Shown here: piece after piece, positions 38,694-39,567 of the stretch
Layout of the letters: each line of letters starts with the position of its first letter
How positions within the stretch are numbered: the first letter of the stretch is position 1
Source of the DNA: Candidatus Fervidifonticultor sextus
GTDB taxonomy: Bacteria; Sysuimicrobiota; Sysuimicrobiia; Sysuimicrobiales; Humicultoraceae
Direction of reading: 5' to 3'
Assembly: GCA_031459875.1 (NCBI GenBank)
Contig: JAVKHQ010000025.1
Location: 1-39,567, forward strand
DNA: 39,567 bases
The notes under the pieces: model-generated
Told to the model about the DNA's origin: nothing
Databases searched by the model: none
What the model saw: the letters and a program-made list of their open reading frames with translations, nothing else
Translations under genes and position numbers: made by a program

Positions 38694-39092
38694 CTAGCGC
38701 TTGCTGTACTGGAAGCCCTTGCGCGCCCGCTTGCGGCCGTACTTCTTGCGTTCCTTCTCGCGGGAGTCGCGGGTGAGGAACCCGCCCTTGCGCAGCGGCG
38801 CCCGGAGGCCCTCCTCGACCTCCAGCAGAGCCCGCGCGATCCCGTGGCGAACCGCTCCGGCCTGCCCGGAGATGCCCCCGCCGGAGACGTTCACCACGAT
38901 GTCGAACCGGCCCTCGACCCCGGCGGCCGCCAGCGGCTCGCGGATCAGCGTCTGCAGCGGCACGGTGGGGAAGTAGGCCTCGAAGGGCCTGCCGTTGACG
39001 GTGATCGTCCCCGTCCCCGGGATCACCTGCACCCGGGCGACGGCCTCCTTCCTGCCGCCTGCCGCCAGGGCCAGAACCTGCGTCGCTGCCAT
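38694..39092 (-). CDS. rpsI: 30S ribosomal protein S9
   Basis: [39 protein letters not shown]. Confidence 0.99.
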   Translation of the reverse strand: MAATQVLALAAGGRKEAVARVQVIPGTGTITVNGRPFEAYFPTVPLQTLIREPLAAAGVEGRFDIVVNVSGGGISGQAGAVRHGIARALLEVEEGLRAPLRKGGFLTRDSREKERKKYGRKRARKGFQYSKR

Positions 39093-39113
39093 GGTAGTCC
39101 CTCGCTCTCCGAC

Positions 39114-39542
39114 CTACACCCGCATCGGTGCAGGCTGCTGCGCCTGGTGGGGATGGGTGGGCCCGCGGTAGACTTTGAGGTTCTTGAGCAGGCGGCGGCC
39201 CTGCCGGGTCTTGGGCAGCATCCCCCGCACGGCCTCGACGAGGGCGCGCTCGGGGTGCTTCTGCATCAGGACCTCGTAGGACGTCTCCTTGAGGCCGCCG
39301 GGGTAGCCCGAGTGGCGGACCCATTTCTTCTGCTGGAGCTTGCGCCCGGTCAGCCGCACGCCCGCGGCGTTGACGACCACGACGAAGTCGCCGACGCCGG
39401 CGTGCGGGGTGAAGGTCGGTTTGTGCTTGCCCCGCAGCAAGACCGCGATTCGGGCCGCCAGCCGGCCGAGCACCTTGCCCTCGGCGTCCACCAGGTGCCA
39501 GCGGCGCTCGATCTCCGCGGGCTTGGGTACGTAGGTCTTCAT
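39114..39542 (-). CDS. rplM: 50S ribosomal protein L13
   Basis: [47 protein letters not shown]. Confidence 0.99.
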   Translation of the reverse strand: MKTYVPKPAEIERRWHLVDAEGKVLGRLAARIAVLLRGKHKPTFTPHAGVGDFVVVVNAAGVRLTGRKLQQKKWVRHSGYPGGLKETSYEVLMQKHPERALVEAVRGMLPKTRQGRRLLKNLKVYRGPTHPHQAQQPAPMRV

Positions 39543-39567
39543 CAAGTCCTCGCCGGCTCGATTCGGG

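Overview
GC-rich bacterial chromosomal window made almost entirely of housekeeping genes on the minus strand. Read in transcription order (right to left): rplM-rpsI; a coiled-coil-repeat/PD-(D/E)XK-like gene with its own promoter; a P-loop ArcE/cDPGS-family gene coupled to ornithine carbamoyltransferase; cdaA-cdaR-glmM-tagA/wecG; a glmS ribozyme and glmS; trm112-like, acpS and nnr; a decayed alr; pheA, a pxpBC fusion, a D-cysteine desulfhydrase-like gene, DUF2993-like, peptidase C26 and nfeD; tsaE-tsaB-rimI-tsaD; CIRCE-controlled groES-groEL; yceI-like; a purD-A-B-C-S-Q-L-F-M-N-H operon ending in a cytochrome c; a convergent DUF92 gene; and the promoters and 5' ~690 nt of a 16S rRNA gene. The gene order is Terrabacteria-like, but the lineage cannot be fixed without a search. 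I saw no CRISPR array, transposase or prophage. The most notable unexplained element is a ~170-nt rod-shaped RNA (28975-29144) with its own promoter, antisense between acpS and nnr and possibly a divergent 6S RNA. Also notable are an ArcE-like arginine synthetase/OTC pair, a PurR-type operator straddling the purD start, a PLP enzyme lacking its catalytic lysine and an internally deleted alr. All gene calls come from motif recognition, not database searches.
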